Positions 41,918 to 55,399 of a DNA stretch of 64,000 nt are shown here, piece by piece. The number at the start of each line of letters is the position of its first letter. The stretch's first letter is position 1. Made by a program: the position numbers and the translations under genes. The notes below the pieces were generated by a model. The model made no database searches. It was not told the DNA's origin and was given only the letters and a program-made list of their open reading frames with translations. Source of the stretch: Lingula anatina (taxonomy: Eukaryota > Animalia > Brachiopoda); assembly GCA_051362555.1 (NCBI GenBank), contig CM120640.1, forward strand, positions 12,710,001-12,774,000, read 5' to 3'.

Positions 41918-43786
41918 GTAAGTCTGACTCTGGGCAGTTTTCTTAGAAACACATGCATTGGGTAATTATGATTACACCCTACCTGGATAGGTGTTCTGGT
42001 GGGAAGTCAGCTCACAGACATACACAGACAAAGTGTACTATTATTTTAGGTTGACTTCATTTGTACTAGTCTCTCACAGCTAGGAGACATAAAGTCAAGT
42101 ATTACCTGGAATAATTATAAAGTACGTTTCATTTAGATGAGTTTACCATTTCCTGGATTTACATTATCAGTTTTATGTGGTAAGTACTTAATTTCACAAG
42201 ATATGCTACATGTATTTTATTAAAAAAATATATGTGTGGGGGTCAATATTTTTATATGAAGCAGTCCGGGGCTGATGTGAAATTACCCGGAATATGGATA
42301 GAAATATACTTTCAGAAAGTTTGCTTTGTTTTTTTTTTTTTTTTTGTTTTTTTTTTTTTTCTGTAAATGGGTGGGTAGGTACTTAAAGATAACATGCTGC
42401 TTTTTGGGAAGTACATGCTGTGTTACCGGCCTGTAGTCATGTGCCCATGGGGAAAACATGAACTGTTGGCAAATTGTTATCATTTTGCACTAAATTCAAT
42501 GATCCTTTCCTATTTGTGTAGAGAAATACGAATAACTTATTTTATTGCTGATGTCTGGAGCTTATAATTACTATATTTATGGTTTTTATAAAGTACTGTT
42601 TTTACGTTGATATAGCACCTCCTTTTGATGAAACTTCTAAGGAGTATCTACATGTATATAATTATATAAAATGTTAATGTTGGATGTTGCACACATAATT
42701 ACACCGGCAGCTCGTGGAATTGCAGTGCAGTACAGTTTGGTTAAGGCTCTCTGATTATTAAATGGCATGCAGGTTGTCTGTCTGTGCAAACCAGTTGCAG
42801 TAGATAGTACTATATTCTCTGAACATAAAATTTATTTTATGTATGAGATATGTCTATTTTTCTCTAGGCTCAATTGGGCCAGGTTGATATATGATTTATA
42901 CTGCATATGCTTATAAGGAGAACAGCGTCATGATGATGCAGACATCTAATGCGAAAAACTACAGCCAGATTTTGTTGATGTAACATTAAACAGACTGTTA
43001 GTGCTGTACACTATTCAGCAGTCAATTGAATTTCTGAGAGGCTGGGTATAGTACACTAGAGTAAATCCACTTTCCAAGATTTGGTTCAAGTCCAGAAATT
43101 TAAAAAAAAAAAAAATCCTATTGCCTTCTCCTTGAGTGGGACAACCAGCAAAAGCAATTGGTGGGAAATCTGGTAAAGATTGACTTTTCCAGTCTGAGCT
43201 TGCAATCTAATATACATCAAACATAATTTGTAGAAAAAGGAGGTAAGAGTAAAAGACTCGGAATTAGAGAAAAGGTCGGTAACCATTAGAACAGCTGTTG
43301 TACCTGGGGGCAGACTAACTATACACCTGATTTGGTGTGTGTGTAAGGGCAGGAGTAAAACAGCCATGTTATACAATGAACACTGTCTGATAGTGGGGAT
43401 ATTTATGGCTTTTTCATTTGTTTTTATGGAGATCTAATCAGCTCTGCTATATCGAGATTGCCAGAAGTTAGGGATGATTTTTTTTTTTTTGTTTTTTGTT
43501 TTTTGTAAATAATATAACATGTCTTGTAGAAATAAACACAGGTTATGAAAATAACAATACCTAAGGCTGCTGAAAAAAAACTGTCCTTTTCCCCCTTGGA
43601 AATTACAACCTGGACAGAAGATTGGTTAGTGTCATGTTGTTCAGGGTAATTATATGTCTGTGCCATTGATTAGTTCTCCCATCCTGGCTCTTAGTGATGA
43701 CCTGGGTTTGTTCAGACACAAAGTTCACTGGGTAGGACAGGGTTGGCTGATGTGGAACTGGAATATTTGGTCATATGGGTAGAATA

Positions 43787-43934
43787 GGGCTCTGTATCTC
43801 GAAATGTTCGCTGTGTTGCGCACGTGTGCGAGTGTCTCGATTCCATGGCCCCGTATCTCGAAATAGAATCGGTTGTGGAAGCGAGACACTCGCGCACATG
43901 AGCAACATAGCGAACCTTTCGAGATACGGAGCCC
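43787..43934. mobile_element. 148-bp palindromic MITE, possibly PIF/Harbinger-type
   Basis: 59-bp arms GGGCTCTGTATCTCGAAATGTTCGCTGTGTTGC... / ...GCAACATAGCGAACCTTTCGAGATACGGAGCCC; very CpG-rich; possible 3-bp TSD TAG/CAG. Superfamily assignment is inference. Confidence 0.85.
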
Positions 43935-46900
43935 AGGATGACAGAATGAGTTAATGGCAAACTATATATTTTAATAAGTTTAATCACTTATTGGATTTCT
44001 CATTGCATCCTTTATTAAATACCTTAATATAAAATACCTTTATATATTAATTACCTTTATACTAAAATACATCAAATACTTTTTAATTTTTCCCTTTTAT
44101 CCAATATTTATAAGTTAGTCAGAAGTGATTTTCATTCAAATGTTTAGTCTAAGCCCATGCTTATGGAAATTATGAAATATTTGCATGTTATATTAATTAC
44201 TTCTCACGACAGGCAATTATATTCACTATCCTAATTATCAAGTAGGATTTCATCTTCACTGGCTACAGAACTGTGCATCTGTGACTGTTTGTAGCTGCAG
44301 GGCATGAAAAGATGCATCATTTGTAAGTAAATGACTGATATCATCTTATATCACACCATGACCTGTGTGATAGCTGCATAGCACTGGGAGGAGAAGGATC
44401 AATATCATACGACCAGCAAACTAGGATGTTTTTCTTTGACTTGTCAGGAGATGGGCCATATTTTAGAGAGGATCATATTTTTTGGGATAAAAAACTGCTT
44501 CAAAGGATTATAAGGTTTGGGTCACAGTAGTGCATTGTTGCACAACAATAACCATTCGGAGTATAAATGAAAGGGGAAAACACTTGAGTCGAGTGCCTTA
44601 AAAGTTTTAGATGGGAGTTCTTTCAAGAATGTTGTGTGATTTTATTCAAAATATTTCTTGAAGGGCAAGAAGGAGAGGGGGCGTCTTCACCAAGATTCCG
44701 GGCTTGAGGTTGAAATAACTGCATGTACTGACATTTGGCTTTCACCCAGTATCAGAACAGGTTAGAAAAGAACCCAGACAGTGTGCTACAGCACATATAG
44801 ATCTTCATGCTGGGAAAACTGCAAAAAAATCACAGTAAAAAATATTGATGAGTTAGAAAGATGCACTGGCATGTTTCCATTCCCATTATCTGATGTGTTA
44901 GGACATTTGTGTAGTGAAGCCTGTAACAAAACATGGGGTTATGCTTCCTATTGGATTTGCAGATGTGCTCGTTTCCTATCTTATCTCCTGTGTGACTTCA
45001 TTGTGTTTCTGGAGAATAGCTGAAGCGTGGGCAACTGAATCTAGAAGTTGTGTTAACTGGCCCATATGAATATTGATCATTTTTAAATTCCTGCTTATTT
45101 ACTACTGTGATCTTCAAATGTGCTATGTATATCCTATATACACACATGCTGTGTGGCAATACATCAACAACAAATAGTCAGCCCTGTTGTATTGGGTTTC
45201 ACGTGGGCAGGAGTTGGAACATGATTCAGATAGGTGAAGCTTGCTGCTGAATCAGATGGGTGCTCTGTGCAACAAAGTACACCTAATATCCTGTGGCAAC
45301 AGACAGAAGCCAACAGGTGAGTTGAAAGTCTGCTCTTTATCTGCCTCTCCAGTTTTTAGAGGTAAGTCCAGTATCTTGGTGGGCTGTCTGGCAGGGACAC
45401 TTGCTGTGTAGATCACAAAGTCAGTGGGGTAGGGGTGTTATCTGGCATTTTCTGTTATGGTAACACGCAATAGGTGAAATGTGATTGAAGTGGCCAAGTT
45501 TTGGCCAAGTATCTCTTGGAGGTCAGTTTTAGTTTAGCAGTGAGTGTCTTAAAATAACGAAGTCAACTGGATAGAGATCAAACTAACTGTAGTTTTTACT
45601 TTGGTTTTTGATTCTTGTGATAGTAAATTAGATTCTTTTAGTTGTACTTGGTGTTCATAGGGATGGATATAGTATTTATCCGCATTGGTGAATATGAGTT
45701 AAATGTTTCAGATAAAAACAAATTTAGAAGGATAAAACCATGTTTCCTTTAAAAGGATATTAAGAGGAATGGAAATATCTTATCTTTGGATACATGTCCC
45801 TGTATGAGGTGAACCATCCAAGATTTAGTCCTTTTTGGAGGGAAGGAAAAGGTTGGTCCAGTGACAAAAAGGAAGGATATGGGTAGGACCAGACACTAAT
45901 CATAAAGACTTTTGTTTTAGTAGTAATGGCAGATACAGTTTGAATCCACCGCCCACTGGGACATGTGCTGGTCATGTGCCATGTGGTTTCTGGTCTTAAT
46001 GAAGGTAAATTAAAACCACTTCAAAACCCTAATGTGAAGATTGTGTGTATATTTGTCTGTCTAACCAGTCCAGTAAAGAAAAAAAAATGAAAAACTGACT
46101 ATTGAGTTACAGGGTATTTGGGCCACTTTTCAATATTCCTCCTGTTTAGTTGATCTGACTCAGTGAACCTACTTACATTCTAATCAAGACAGACTGGAGG
46201 GGACTAATAATAAAAAAGCTCTTCAAGATCAACCTCATAGGATGTCACTTTGGTAAACCTGACTTAAACTGACTTAAAATATAATTTATTTTAAGCAAGA
46301 AATATGAAATGTATTAATTGATAATTTGACAAAGAATCGATTTGGTCAAGTTTTTGTATTAGCAAGTGGTATAAGTTTGTTTTTTTTTTCAATTAGCTGA
46401 AAGTAGAATTGTGATGTTTCACGCCAGTCTAGGTGATTAGGTGCAGTCTAGGTGTTCCACATCAACTCATGCCTTAGAGAAGGAAACATTGTTTAAATTT
46501 GTGCAAACAGCTCTAGTCCAGTCTCTCCACCTCCACCCCACCTGCTCTAAACTGGTCCCTTGCTTAGCTGACAGGCACTTCTTTGTAGAATCTCGCTAGG
46601 TCTATGCCCAAGAGGGTTTGATCATTTATAATAGGTCTTTTGAGGTCAGGCAATAATATTTGTAGTTGAATGTTCATGTTTTGTAAACACAGGTCTTTAG
46701 AGACATATTAGGCATAGTTTATGGGAGAAAATATTTGCACTGTCACAGTCATGTGTGTTTTATCTGGTTGTAAACGGATGGGTAGTAAAAGGTCTAATGT
46801 AAGATTTTCCAGAGTTCTTTTATTTTCATTCAGTAATGAAATGGGCGGATGTCTGGTATTTAGTGTGGAGACAGCAGAGAAGTGGATAGGAAATTTGAAT

Positions 46901-49900
46901 GTTAATTTCAGTATGACCAGTTAGGCTGATTTTTCCATGTAATTCAGTTGGAAAGGAAAGAGGAAGAGAATATTTATACAGATGACACTTAAGAGAACAA
47001 GCTGCAGCAGTTTATGAAAGTATCTGTAAGTTGAAGGGAATATTGTGTTAATGACAACTTAGTTTAATTTGTAACAGAGCTTATTTTTCTCATGCATTCC
47101 TCTACCCTCACAAGTTTATAGGGAAAGCAAAGGAAACTATTAAGTGGGGGGATGTGTGTCTGTGCTGATATAAATATGCAGTTGTAGAGTTTAGAGCATC
47201 CTATTCAGGAAGGTAAGGAAAATTGTGTAGCTCTGAAAAAAAAACTTTGCTGTTGACATGAGGAAATTCACATTAAACTTCTAAATTGGTTGAGGAAATT
47301 GATTTTTCAGATTTTGTTCACTTGCTGGGTCTTTTTGATTAAAGTATAAAGATTAATTTTTTTGGGAAAATTGTTTGCTGCAGAATGAAATAAATAGTTT
47401 ACAAGAAGTGTTAAGAAAAAAGCTTGAGAGAATAGGAATAGGGTTTGATACTGTATTATAATGGTGAATTTAAGGCAGGCAGAATTGACACCTAGGTTAA
47501 TAAGCATATTCTCTGAAGTCTACACATAATGTGAACCCATTGATTTCCTATCTAATCCTATCTGTGTATATAGCAGGGCATATGGCTGGCTCTATAGAGC
47601 ATTAATGCACTGTTCAGTAGCCCTTTTGAATTTAGATATTTGATATGAATTTAACTCTTTATTTATTTATAATACATAATTGTCTATTATATTATTAATG
47701 ATGCATAATTATCATATCAGATTTGCTTTATTTAGTGGCAATTCATTGTAAGTTTTTTTATAACTATTCAATTCAATGTCAACATTGGAAAACATCTAGG
47801 TGTTGTCCCATCATCTTCATATACAATTTTCTCATTTTGCATGCCAATCTTGTTTTTCATTGTGTTGAGATGAGCATGCAGGTATTTGTCACACCTGACA
47901 CAGTTCACCATGTGTATACTTGTAGTCAGTGATATATGTACCTCATTTCATCATTCAGTGTTCTGCTGTGGACTCCTGAGTACAGCTTTAACAATTACTG
48001 AATACACAGATAGCTTGATGAGTTAATTATCATGAAATATTCATGAACACTCATTATTATCCTTGTAAATAAATTAATAATGATAATGACAACTAGATTA
48101 CATTCTGTACAATAAGTTATGAAAGTTGGTTTAGTTAATCTAGTTTTGTATTTACTGAAAGAGAGTTCAGTTTATTTTTAAGGTGTACACTTCTAAGTCT
48201 ATTAAACTAACAACTTTTTCAAGTAAAACCCAGCAACTTAGATGGGAGCTATTAAGTATTTTTCTGTCAGGTACATCAAACATCAGGTATGCTGTCTTAG
48301 CACAAAGAATTGAAGAGATTAAAATGTCATGAGTTTCTAAATAGCCTAATGATGAACTACTGATAGACTGCAGGGCTTTATAAACACAGTCCAGACAGCT
48401 TTCGATTATGTCCCTAGACAGAAGTCATTATTCTACAAACAATGCTATTGAATTAGATGTCTCCATTAATTGACAATGGACAGTGTAGTATTCCTCAGAA
48501 CTGCTGGACATTCCCACAGGGAATAATGATGGGAGAAGTTGTTACAAACAAGGAGAAGGATTGAGAAAAGAAGGGCAAGAGATTGTTTGGTGATCTTTGA
48601 TTTCTTATGAGAAGTATTTGTTTTGGCAACATGGTACTTTTGCCTAAAGACATTAATTATGATGGAAAGTTTGTCATTGTAATTTCTTCCAAGTAAGTAC
48701 TTGTTTTGCTTTAAACAAAATTGATGAAGAATAGGAGTTGATAAAGAAAATAGTTTCATTATTAGGTGACGGCTAGTTTGATGCCATGGAGTTGTAGCAC
48801 ATTTTTCAAAAAAAAAAAAAATGTCCATATTGTTGTAAAGATCAAATAGAGACTCAAACCACAAGTGATTGGTTTAATTTCCATCTTCATCGTCACTCAT
48901 GTTGTATTTGTTTTTGTTACTGTGCATGGCGTTTTTTTTTTTTGGCACAATGAACACTGTGTCAGTAAAAAAAAGTATGTGTACAGTGTTTCTTATACAA
49001 AAAAATGGTTGCTTTCAACAAATGCATGAATACAACATTTAGTGCAGTAATGTGTACAGGTGTATATGTGATGATTGGCTGCTGTATTTTACTCCATTTT
49101 GAACCTTCTGCCACAAATTCTGATTCTAAACATTGAGTGATTATCCTCTGGGGGAAGTCTACACATAATATTGAGAAATCCATTCTCAGATTAATGGCAC
49201 TGGTCATCCTGAGGCCATGTTTGACCAAGAATTGACCAGAGCATCTGTTAATCAAGTATGAAAACCCGTGAATCATCAGCTCCCCTCTGTATTTATACAT
49301 TACAAGCTTCAGTAGCAGTGAATGCAAAGCAAGTGAAGGCAGAGAAGATGGGGAGTTGGGTAACACTTGTCTTCTTGTCCATTCTCTTCTGTAGACAATT
49401 CAGATATGTGGATTATTTATAAGATACATGCCTGCTGTATTATGAGGTTCACTATGATCAGCTGACTGGGACAAAGAAGAAACATTGTAGAAATATGCCA
49501 TGGATGGAATCAAAGGGATCGACTGAAAAGTTTGTTCTTTTGAGATGTGAGGCATGTATTATGATATCAAAGAAATAAGGCATAGAAGAAGTTGAAACTT
49601 CTTCATGAGAGATACACTTTCAGATTGGCATAGAGATGAAGTTTGAGTCACATGAAAGTCTGGAATGAAACCAAATTTCATTATGTGAAGAAGAGTTTTT
49701 GCAAAGTGAAGAAGTTTCTTTTGATGTGTAAATACCTTGAGTACTGGAAGTTAAAACAGCATCTTGGGAATAGTAATCAAACAAAGTCAGAAACAACCTA
49801 AGTTTGGGAATACTTAACATACATCTGAAGAGTGACTATTGTGCTGTGGATTTCACCTGGTATCTGCTCATCATTGTAAGAATCTCTTTGGGGAGACGTA

Positions 49901-50994
49901 TGGAAGAATAGACTGACATTATAGAGTGACAGAGAATGACTCAAGCCTTTTGTGGGAATATCAACATCAAGATTCAGTTGAAAGAAGAAGGATTTAAGTA
50001 AAGAAAAAAGTTTAAAAAGGACCTACTAAATTCTTTATAGTCAGTCAATGAAATAAATGCCTGAGGACATCAATACGCACACGGCGTCAAAGTGTATTCA
50101 ATCTTTTTTCTGATTTTCATCTGCGAACAAGGCTAAAATATGTGACAGTGTCTCCTTCTCCAGTGCCGAGCTGGTCACACTATTCTATCTGATATCACCA
50201 ATACCAGTAGATTGTATCTGTGAAACCATTGACATCCTACAGTGGGCAGAGGACATATTGTCCTGCATCACAGCAGATAATTGAGACATTAATCAAGCGT
50301 ACATTGACTGTGTTACACCTGTGGACTGAGAAAAAGGACAGTGACTGACAACGTTGTTCACCTGGTGACATATCTATGTCAGCACACTTAAGCAAAGGAG
50401 TTACTGGAAATGACTTGGTTTGACAGAGTATTTAACACTGGTTTCCAGAGTGAAAAATGATGGTTGTGAGATAAGAAACATCAAGGTATTTAAGCCACCA
50501 AAGTTATAATTAGGTGTAGTTAAGATATTTATCTAGTCTGTCACTGTGCTAATGCCATATAAACATGCTTTACTCCATCAATGAATGAACAGTATGGGAC
50601 ATATGCAAGCAGGTAAGTGTGAGTGTGCAGCCTATTTTTGATTTTTTTAAAACTGAATTCTGCTGGTATTGGGAAATATTACAGGGTTGAACAATATGCT
50701 ATATTTTTACATATATTTTTACAATAAAAAGACTGCACACTCATCTCCACCTGAGATGTGAGGTACTTAATTCAGTATACATTTAGTTTATATGTTTTCC
50801 ATTTTGAGCCTATATCAGTAAGCAGAGTATAAATTCTCTGGCTGTATTGTTTGATATTTCTGTATCCATTATTGAATATGTTAAACATATTCATTTTAGT
50901 TCTTGTCATATTAGAGATGCTCAAAATTAGGAATCACAATATGTGTGAATATGATTAATATAAAATTAAATTATATTTTAATAAATCTGGCAAC

Positions 50995-51058
50995 TGTCGT
51001 AGTTTTCTTAAAAAAAAAATGTTAACTTGAGTTACATAACAACAGAAAAACTACGACA
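50995..51058 (+). repeat. Aberrant 64-bp 5' LTR (inverted U5 end plus terminal R/U5 segment)
   Basis: 51008-51058 matches 55501-55548 except for A-run length (10 vs 7). 50995-51008 TGTCGTAGTTTTCT is the reverse complement of the LTR end AGAAAAACTACGACA with one T missing. Confidence 0.9.
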
Positions 51059-51076
51059 TGGTGTCAGAATCGGGAT
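51059..51076 (+). promoter_or_regulatory. Primer binding site, tRNA-Leu type
   Basis: TGGTGTCAGAATCGGGAT directly after the LTR CA end; 16/18 match to TGGTGTCAGAAGTGGGAT, the complement of the metazoan tRNA-Leu 3' end as recalled. Confidence 0.85.
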
Positions 51077-51173
51077 CTACATTGGATGTAGCATAATTTG
51101 GAGATTGGATGACCCACAAACTACAAGATAAAAACGGATTTAGAATCACTAAAAAAAAAAAGGAAAAAAAAAA

Positions 51174-54100
51174 ATGGACCACATGTATGGGATACAGCCG
51201 CCTCACATGGACTGGGAATCCATGGACTTACCGCGTACGTTCAAACTTTTCAAGGAAAAGTGTGAATTGATATTCCAAGGACCTTTAGATGCTGTGTCAG
51301 AGGAAAGACAAGTGAAATTTCTTCTCCTTTGGATCGGAGAAAAAGGCCGCGAAATTGTGAAAACTTTTAACATTGATGATCCAGACGTGTTGACCTCGTA
51401 TTGGCAAAAATTGGAAGAATACACGAAGCCCAAGAGTAACTTTCGAATTCAGAGATTTAAACTTAGAGCATGCAGACAAGAAGCAGGTGAGAGCATTGAT
51501 TCTTTTGTCAGACGAATCAGACTCGTGGCAAATGAATGCAAATATACCGATGTTGATCAACACATAATTGACACACTGATTTTTGGCACTAACTCGGAGA
51601 GAATTCAGGCGAAATTATTACAAAGAGAGGACGATTTGACTCTAGATCAGGCTCTTGTTATTGCACGAACAGAGGAAGCAACTAAGAAACAGATTGAGGA
51701 TCTTCACAGTACATCGGCAAAGGAAATTCACACACTACGGCCAAGTGGAAACAGTCAAAGAGGGAGACCGCGTTTCAGACAGCCACAACATCGCACTCCT
51801 CGCCAGCAAACTCAATCAAAGGTACCAAGCAAGCAACGCTCACGACAGCCACTGCAAGAATGTGGTAAGTGTGGAACTGAACATGATTTTCAACAGTGCC
51901 CAGCTAAAGGTACAATTTGTCTCAAATGTGGCAAGCCAGATCACTGGAAAAGGGTATGTAGAACAAAAACAGTAACTGCATCGACCCATAGTAAAACTGT
52001 GCATTCAGTAGCAAATGAAAGTGGCAGTAGCAGTGTATACTTTGACTCTGTATATGTAGATAGTATTCAGTCAAAACAGTCCCCAGTCAAGCCATTTGCT
52101 GACATTGAAGTTAAAGTTGGGAACTCTACTTCAACATTACGTTGCAAAATAGACACTGGTGCTGAGGGAAATGTAATACCACTGTCTTCTTTCAAAAAAC
52201 TTGCAATTCAGCAACCGCTAAAGCCTACAAATGACACGATTACTGCATATGGTGGCAGTAAGTTACCAGTATGTGGAATAGCAACATTGACATTCACAAA
52301 TGACAAGGTCATGGTGACCTCAGACAGTTATATTGTGGACTGTGAAGGACCAGTTATACTAGGAATGGAAACCAGTCAGAAACTGGGACTTGTTACTCTG
52401 AACATAAATACAGTGACAAGACAGTCCATACTATCAGAGTATAAGGATGTCTTTGAAGGTATAGGGAAATTGGATGGGGAATATCACATTAATATTGACC
52501 CCACTGTTTCTCCTGTTGTTCACCCACCACGGCGTGTACCTATTGCATTGCAGCCAGCACTCAAGGAGGAGTTGGACTCTCTCGTTGAGCAAGGGATCCT
52601 GTCACCTGTCACACAACCAACGAAATGGGTAAACTCGTGTGTATGTGTTACCAAACCCAATGGAAAAATACGTCTCTGCCTGGATCCAAAAGACTTAAAT
52701 ACGGCAATTAGACGTCCACACCACTACACACCAACACTGGATGACATCCTACCTCAACTGAGTGGCGCACGTTATTTCAGTATACTTGACCTTCGGAGTG
52801 GGTATTGGAATATCACGTTAGATGAAGAAAGTTCTCTTCTGACTACCTTCAATACGCCCTTCGGAAGATTTAGATACAACAGACTACCCTTTGGCCTCTC
52901 GCTATCTCAAGACGTCTTCCAGGCCAAGATTGAAGAACTATTCAAAGACATTCCAGGGTGTACCGGAATCGCCGACGACCTCATCATAGCAGGTTGGCAG
53001 AAAGACGGATCTGACCACGATGCGACTCTGCGCGTAGTATTAGATACAGCCAGAAGAAAGGGGATACGCTTTAATGAAGACAAGATGATTCTTAGAAAGG
53101 AGGAAATTCCATTCTTCGGTCATATTATAGGAAAAGACGGGCTAAAACCAGACCCAGCAAAGGTAGAAGCCATTAATGTAATGAATGAGCCGAGAAATGT
53201 ATCGGAACTACAAACATTCCTTGGGATGACCAATTATCTAAGCAGATACATTCCCCACATGTCTCAACTTACAAGCAGTCTCAGAGACCTGTGTAAGAAG
53301 GATAGTGTTTTTCAGTGGAATGCTGAACACAGTATTGCATTCAATGAGATTAAAAGAGAAATAGCAAACGCAACCAACCTACAATTCTACGACAGTAGCA
53401 AGTCACTTACACTCCAAGTTGACGCTTCATCTTATGGATTAGGAGCTGCCTTAATCCAGGATAAAGGCCCAGTTGCATATGCTAGCAAAGCACTCACAGA
53501 AACAGAGTCACGTTACTCAAACATTGAACGCGAGATGTTGGCAGTAGTGTTTGGTCTTGAAAAGTTTCACCATTATGTCTATGGTAGACATGTTAAAGTA
53601 GAGACTGATCACAAGCCTCTAGAAGCCATTTTCAAGAAGCACCTACACAACGCACCACCGCGTCTGACCCGCATGTTGCTGAGAACGCAGTGTTATGACA
53701 CAGAGATTGTGTATGTCCCAGGCAAAAATATAGGACTAGCTGATGCCCTCTCTCGCATGAAACCTTGTGATGGTGACGATATCAAAGGACTTGACATTAC
53801 AGTACATGAATTACACTCGTACATGAACGCAAGTCCAACACGCATTGAGCAAATTCGCGAGGAAACTAGTAAGGAACCACAGCTAGCAGCTCTTCGTGAA
53901 ATGATTTCTGTAGGATGGCCAGCTACACGCAGCGAGTGTCCAGAAATTCTTCACCCATACTGGAACTACCGTGATGAGTTAGGCATCGCAGATGGAATCA
54001 TAATGAAGGGGAATAGGATGATTATTCCTACAGTACTTCGCCCTGACCTACTTGAACAGCTACATTATGCCCACCAGGGAGTGGAGAAATGTAAGCTACG

Positions 54101-55100
54101 TGCAAAATCATCAGTATTCTGGCCTGGCATGAATAATGATATTGAGCACACAGTCGGACTGTGTCCACCTTGCCAGAAACACCAAGCTGCCAACAGTAAG
54201 GAACCCTTATTGCCAGCAGATGTACCTCCCCGCGCATGGCACACATTAGCAGCAGATTTGTTCTATTGGAGACAAACTGACTACTTATTAGTTGCTGACC
54301 AGTACAGCAAATATCCCTTAGTGCGGAAACTTCCAAGTACATCATCAGGCAGTGTAATTGCACACTTAAAGAGCATATTCGAGGAGCATGGCATTCCTGA
54401 GATTCTTAAAACTGACAATGGACCTCAGTTTTCATCAGAAGGATTCAAAAACTTCGCAAACACTTGGGGATTTACGCACATCACATCCTCACCTATGTAT
54501 CCGCAGTCAAATGGATTCATAGAACGAATGGTACAGACTGTTAAAAGTCTATTTCAGAAAGCATGGGAATCAAATTCAGATCCCCACCTATCCATGTTAT
54601 GTCTTCGCACAACACCCATTGATCACAACCTACCAGCGCCTTGTGAGTTATTGAATAACCGGAAGTATAAAACAAATATTCCCGCTGGACAGTCACAGTT
54701 GAACTCCGACTACAATGTAGCATTACAGAAGAGACAGGAGGCAAGTAAAACACACTATGATCAGCATGTCAAACCACTTGCACCTTTACATGAAGGAGAA
54801 TTTGTTCGCATGTATGACACTCAGAATAATACATGGCAACCTGCCAAAGTTAAAACTGTATCAGACAAACCCAGATCTTATTATGTGGAATCCAATGGTG
54901 GAAATTACCGACGCAACAGGAAACACATTCATAAGACAAAAGAACATTTTGATTTCAGAAACAATGAGATTGAGGAAACTGATGAACCTCTTGTTGACAT
55001 TACAAACACAGAGACTGTTACAAAATGTGAAACACCTCAATCTCAACCCTTACGCAGATCAAGCAGGAACATTAAACCTCCAGAGAGACTGAACTTATGA
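51174..55100 (+). CDS. Gag-Pol polyprotein, 1308 aa, single uninterrupted frame
   Basis: Two zinc knuckles CGKCGTEHDFQQC and CLKCGKPDHWKRVC (~51861), protease IDTGA (~52149), RT LPFGL and IADD (~52968), RNase H VDAS..TDHKPL..ADALSR, integrase HYAH..CPPC zinc motif and D(ADLF)-D(TDNG)-E(FIER). Confidence 0.97.
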   Translation: MDHMYGIQPPHMDWESMDLPRTFKLFKEKCELIFQGPLDAVSEERQVKFLLLWIGEKGREIVKTFNIDDPDVLTSYWQKLEEYTKPKSNFRIQRFKLRACRQEAGESIDSFVRRIRLVANECKYTDVDQHIIDTLIFGTNSERIQAKLLQREDDLTLDQALVIARTEEATKKQIEDLHSTSAKEIHTLRPSGNSQRGRPRFRQPQHRTPRQQTQSKVPSKQRSRQPLQECGKCGTEHDFQQCPAKGTICLKCGKPDHWKRVCRTKTVTASTHSKTVHSVANESGSSSVYFDSVYVDSIQSKQSPVKPFADIEVKVGNSTSTLRCKIDTGAEGNVIPLSSFKKLAIQQPLKPTNDTITAYGGSKLPVCGIATLTFTNDKVMVTSDSYIVDCEGPVILGMETSQKLGLVTLNINTVTRQSILSEYKDVFEGIGKLDGEYHINIDPTVSPVVHPPRRVPIALQPALKEELDSLVEQGILSPVTQPTKWVNSCVCVTKPNGKIRLCLDPKDLNTAIRRPHHYTPTLDDILPQLSGARYFSILDLRSGYWNITLDEESSLLTTFNTPFGRFRYNRLPFGLSLSQDVFQAKIEELFKDIPGCTGIADDLIIAGWQKDGSDHDATLRVVLDTARRKGIRFNEDKMILRKEEIPFFGHIIGKDGLKPDPAKVEAINVMNEPRNVSELQTFLGMTNYLSRYIPHMSQLTSSLRDLCKKDSVFQWNAEHSIAFNEIKREIANATNLQFYDSSKSLTLQVDASSYGLGAALIQDKGPVAYASKALTETESRYSNIEREMLAVVFGLEKFHHYVYGRHVKVETDHKPLEAIFKKHLHNAPPRLTRMLLRTQCYDTEIVYVPGKNIGLADALSRMKPCDGDDIKGLDITVHELHSYMNASPTRIEQIREETSKEPQLAALREMISVGWPATRSECPEILHPYWNYRDELGIADGIIMKGNRMIIPTVLRPDLLEQLHYAHQGVEKCKLRAKSSVFWPGMNNDIEHTVGLCPPCQKHQAANSKEPLLPADVPPRAWHTLAADLFYWRQTDYLLVADQYSKYPLVRKLPSTSSGSVIAHLKSIFEEHGIPEILKTDNGPQFSSEGFKNFANTWGFTHITSSPMYPQSNGFIERMVQTVKSLFQKAWESNSDPHLSMLCLRTTPIDHNLPAPCELLNNRKYKTNIPAGQSQLNSDYNVALQKRQEASKTHYDQHVKPLAPLHEGEFVRMYDTQNNTWQPAKVKTVSDKPRSYYVESNGGNYRRNRKHIHKTKEHFDFRNNEIEETDEPLVDITNTETVTKCETPQSQPLRRSSRNIKPPERLNL

Positions 55101-55383
55101 ATAAATTCAGTAATAGTGACTGTAACAAGTCAGTTGTGAAAGTGTCAAAAAAATTGACTGTAATTTCAATAAGCTAAATCATAATTGTTTCATTTATGAA
55201 CTCTGGACTTGAGATTCTGTTGACTTTTGTGTTAAAACAAAACAAAAAAAAAAAACATTTACATGTGCCTATGAACTGTGAACATTGAAATGTCTTGGAG
55301 ACAAAGACAACACGGACAGTGAACTGATTATGTTTATTAGCAACTTTAACAAAAAAAAATAATTCCAGGATTTATTTTTATTT

Positions 55384-55399
55384 AAAAAAAAAAGGGAGA
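55384..55399 (+). promoter_or_regulatory. Polypurine tract (PPT)
   Basis: AAAAAAAAAAGGGAGA immediately before the TGTTG start of the 3' LTR. Confidence 0.85.

Noticed and set aside
48460-50500. Purine-rich, coding-like stretch that might be a decayed TE or pseudogene
   Set aside because: The frames I read are interrupted by stops and I recognise no protein family.
51203-55092. Antisense and alternative-frame ORFs inside the retrotransposon (possible env or accessory genes)
   Set aside because: Short shadows of the main ORF with no motifs; only ~300 bp lies between the stop codon and the PPT, leaving no room for env.
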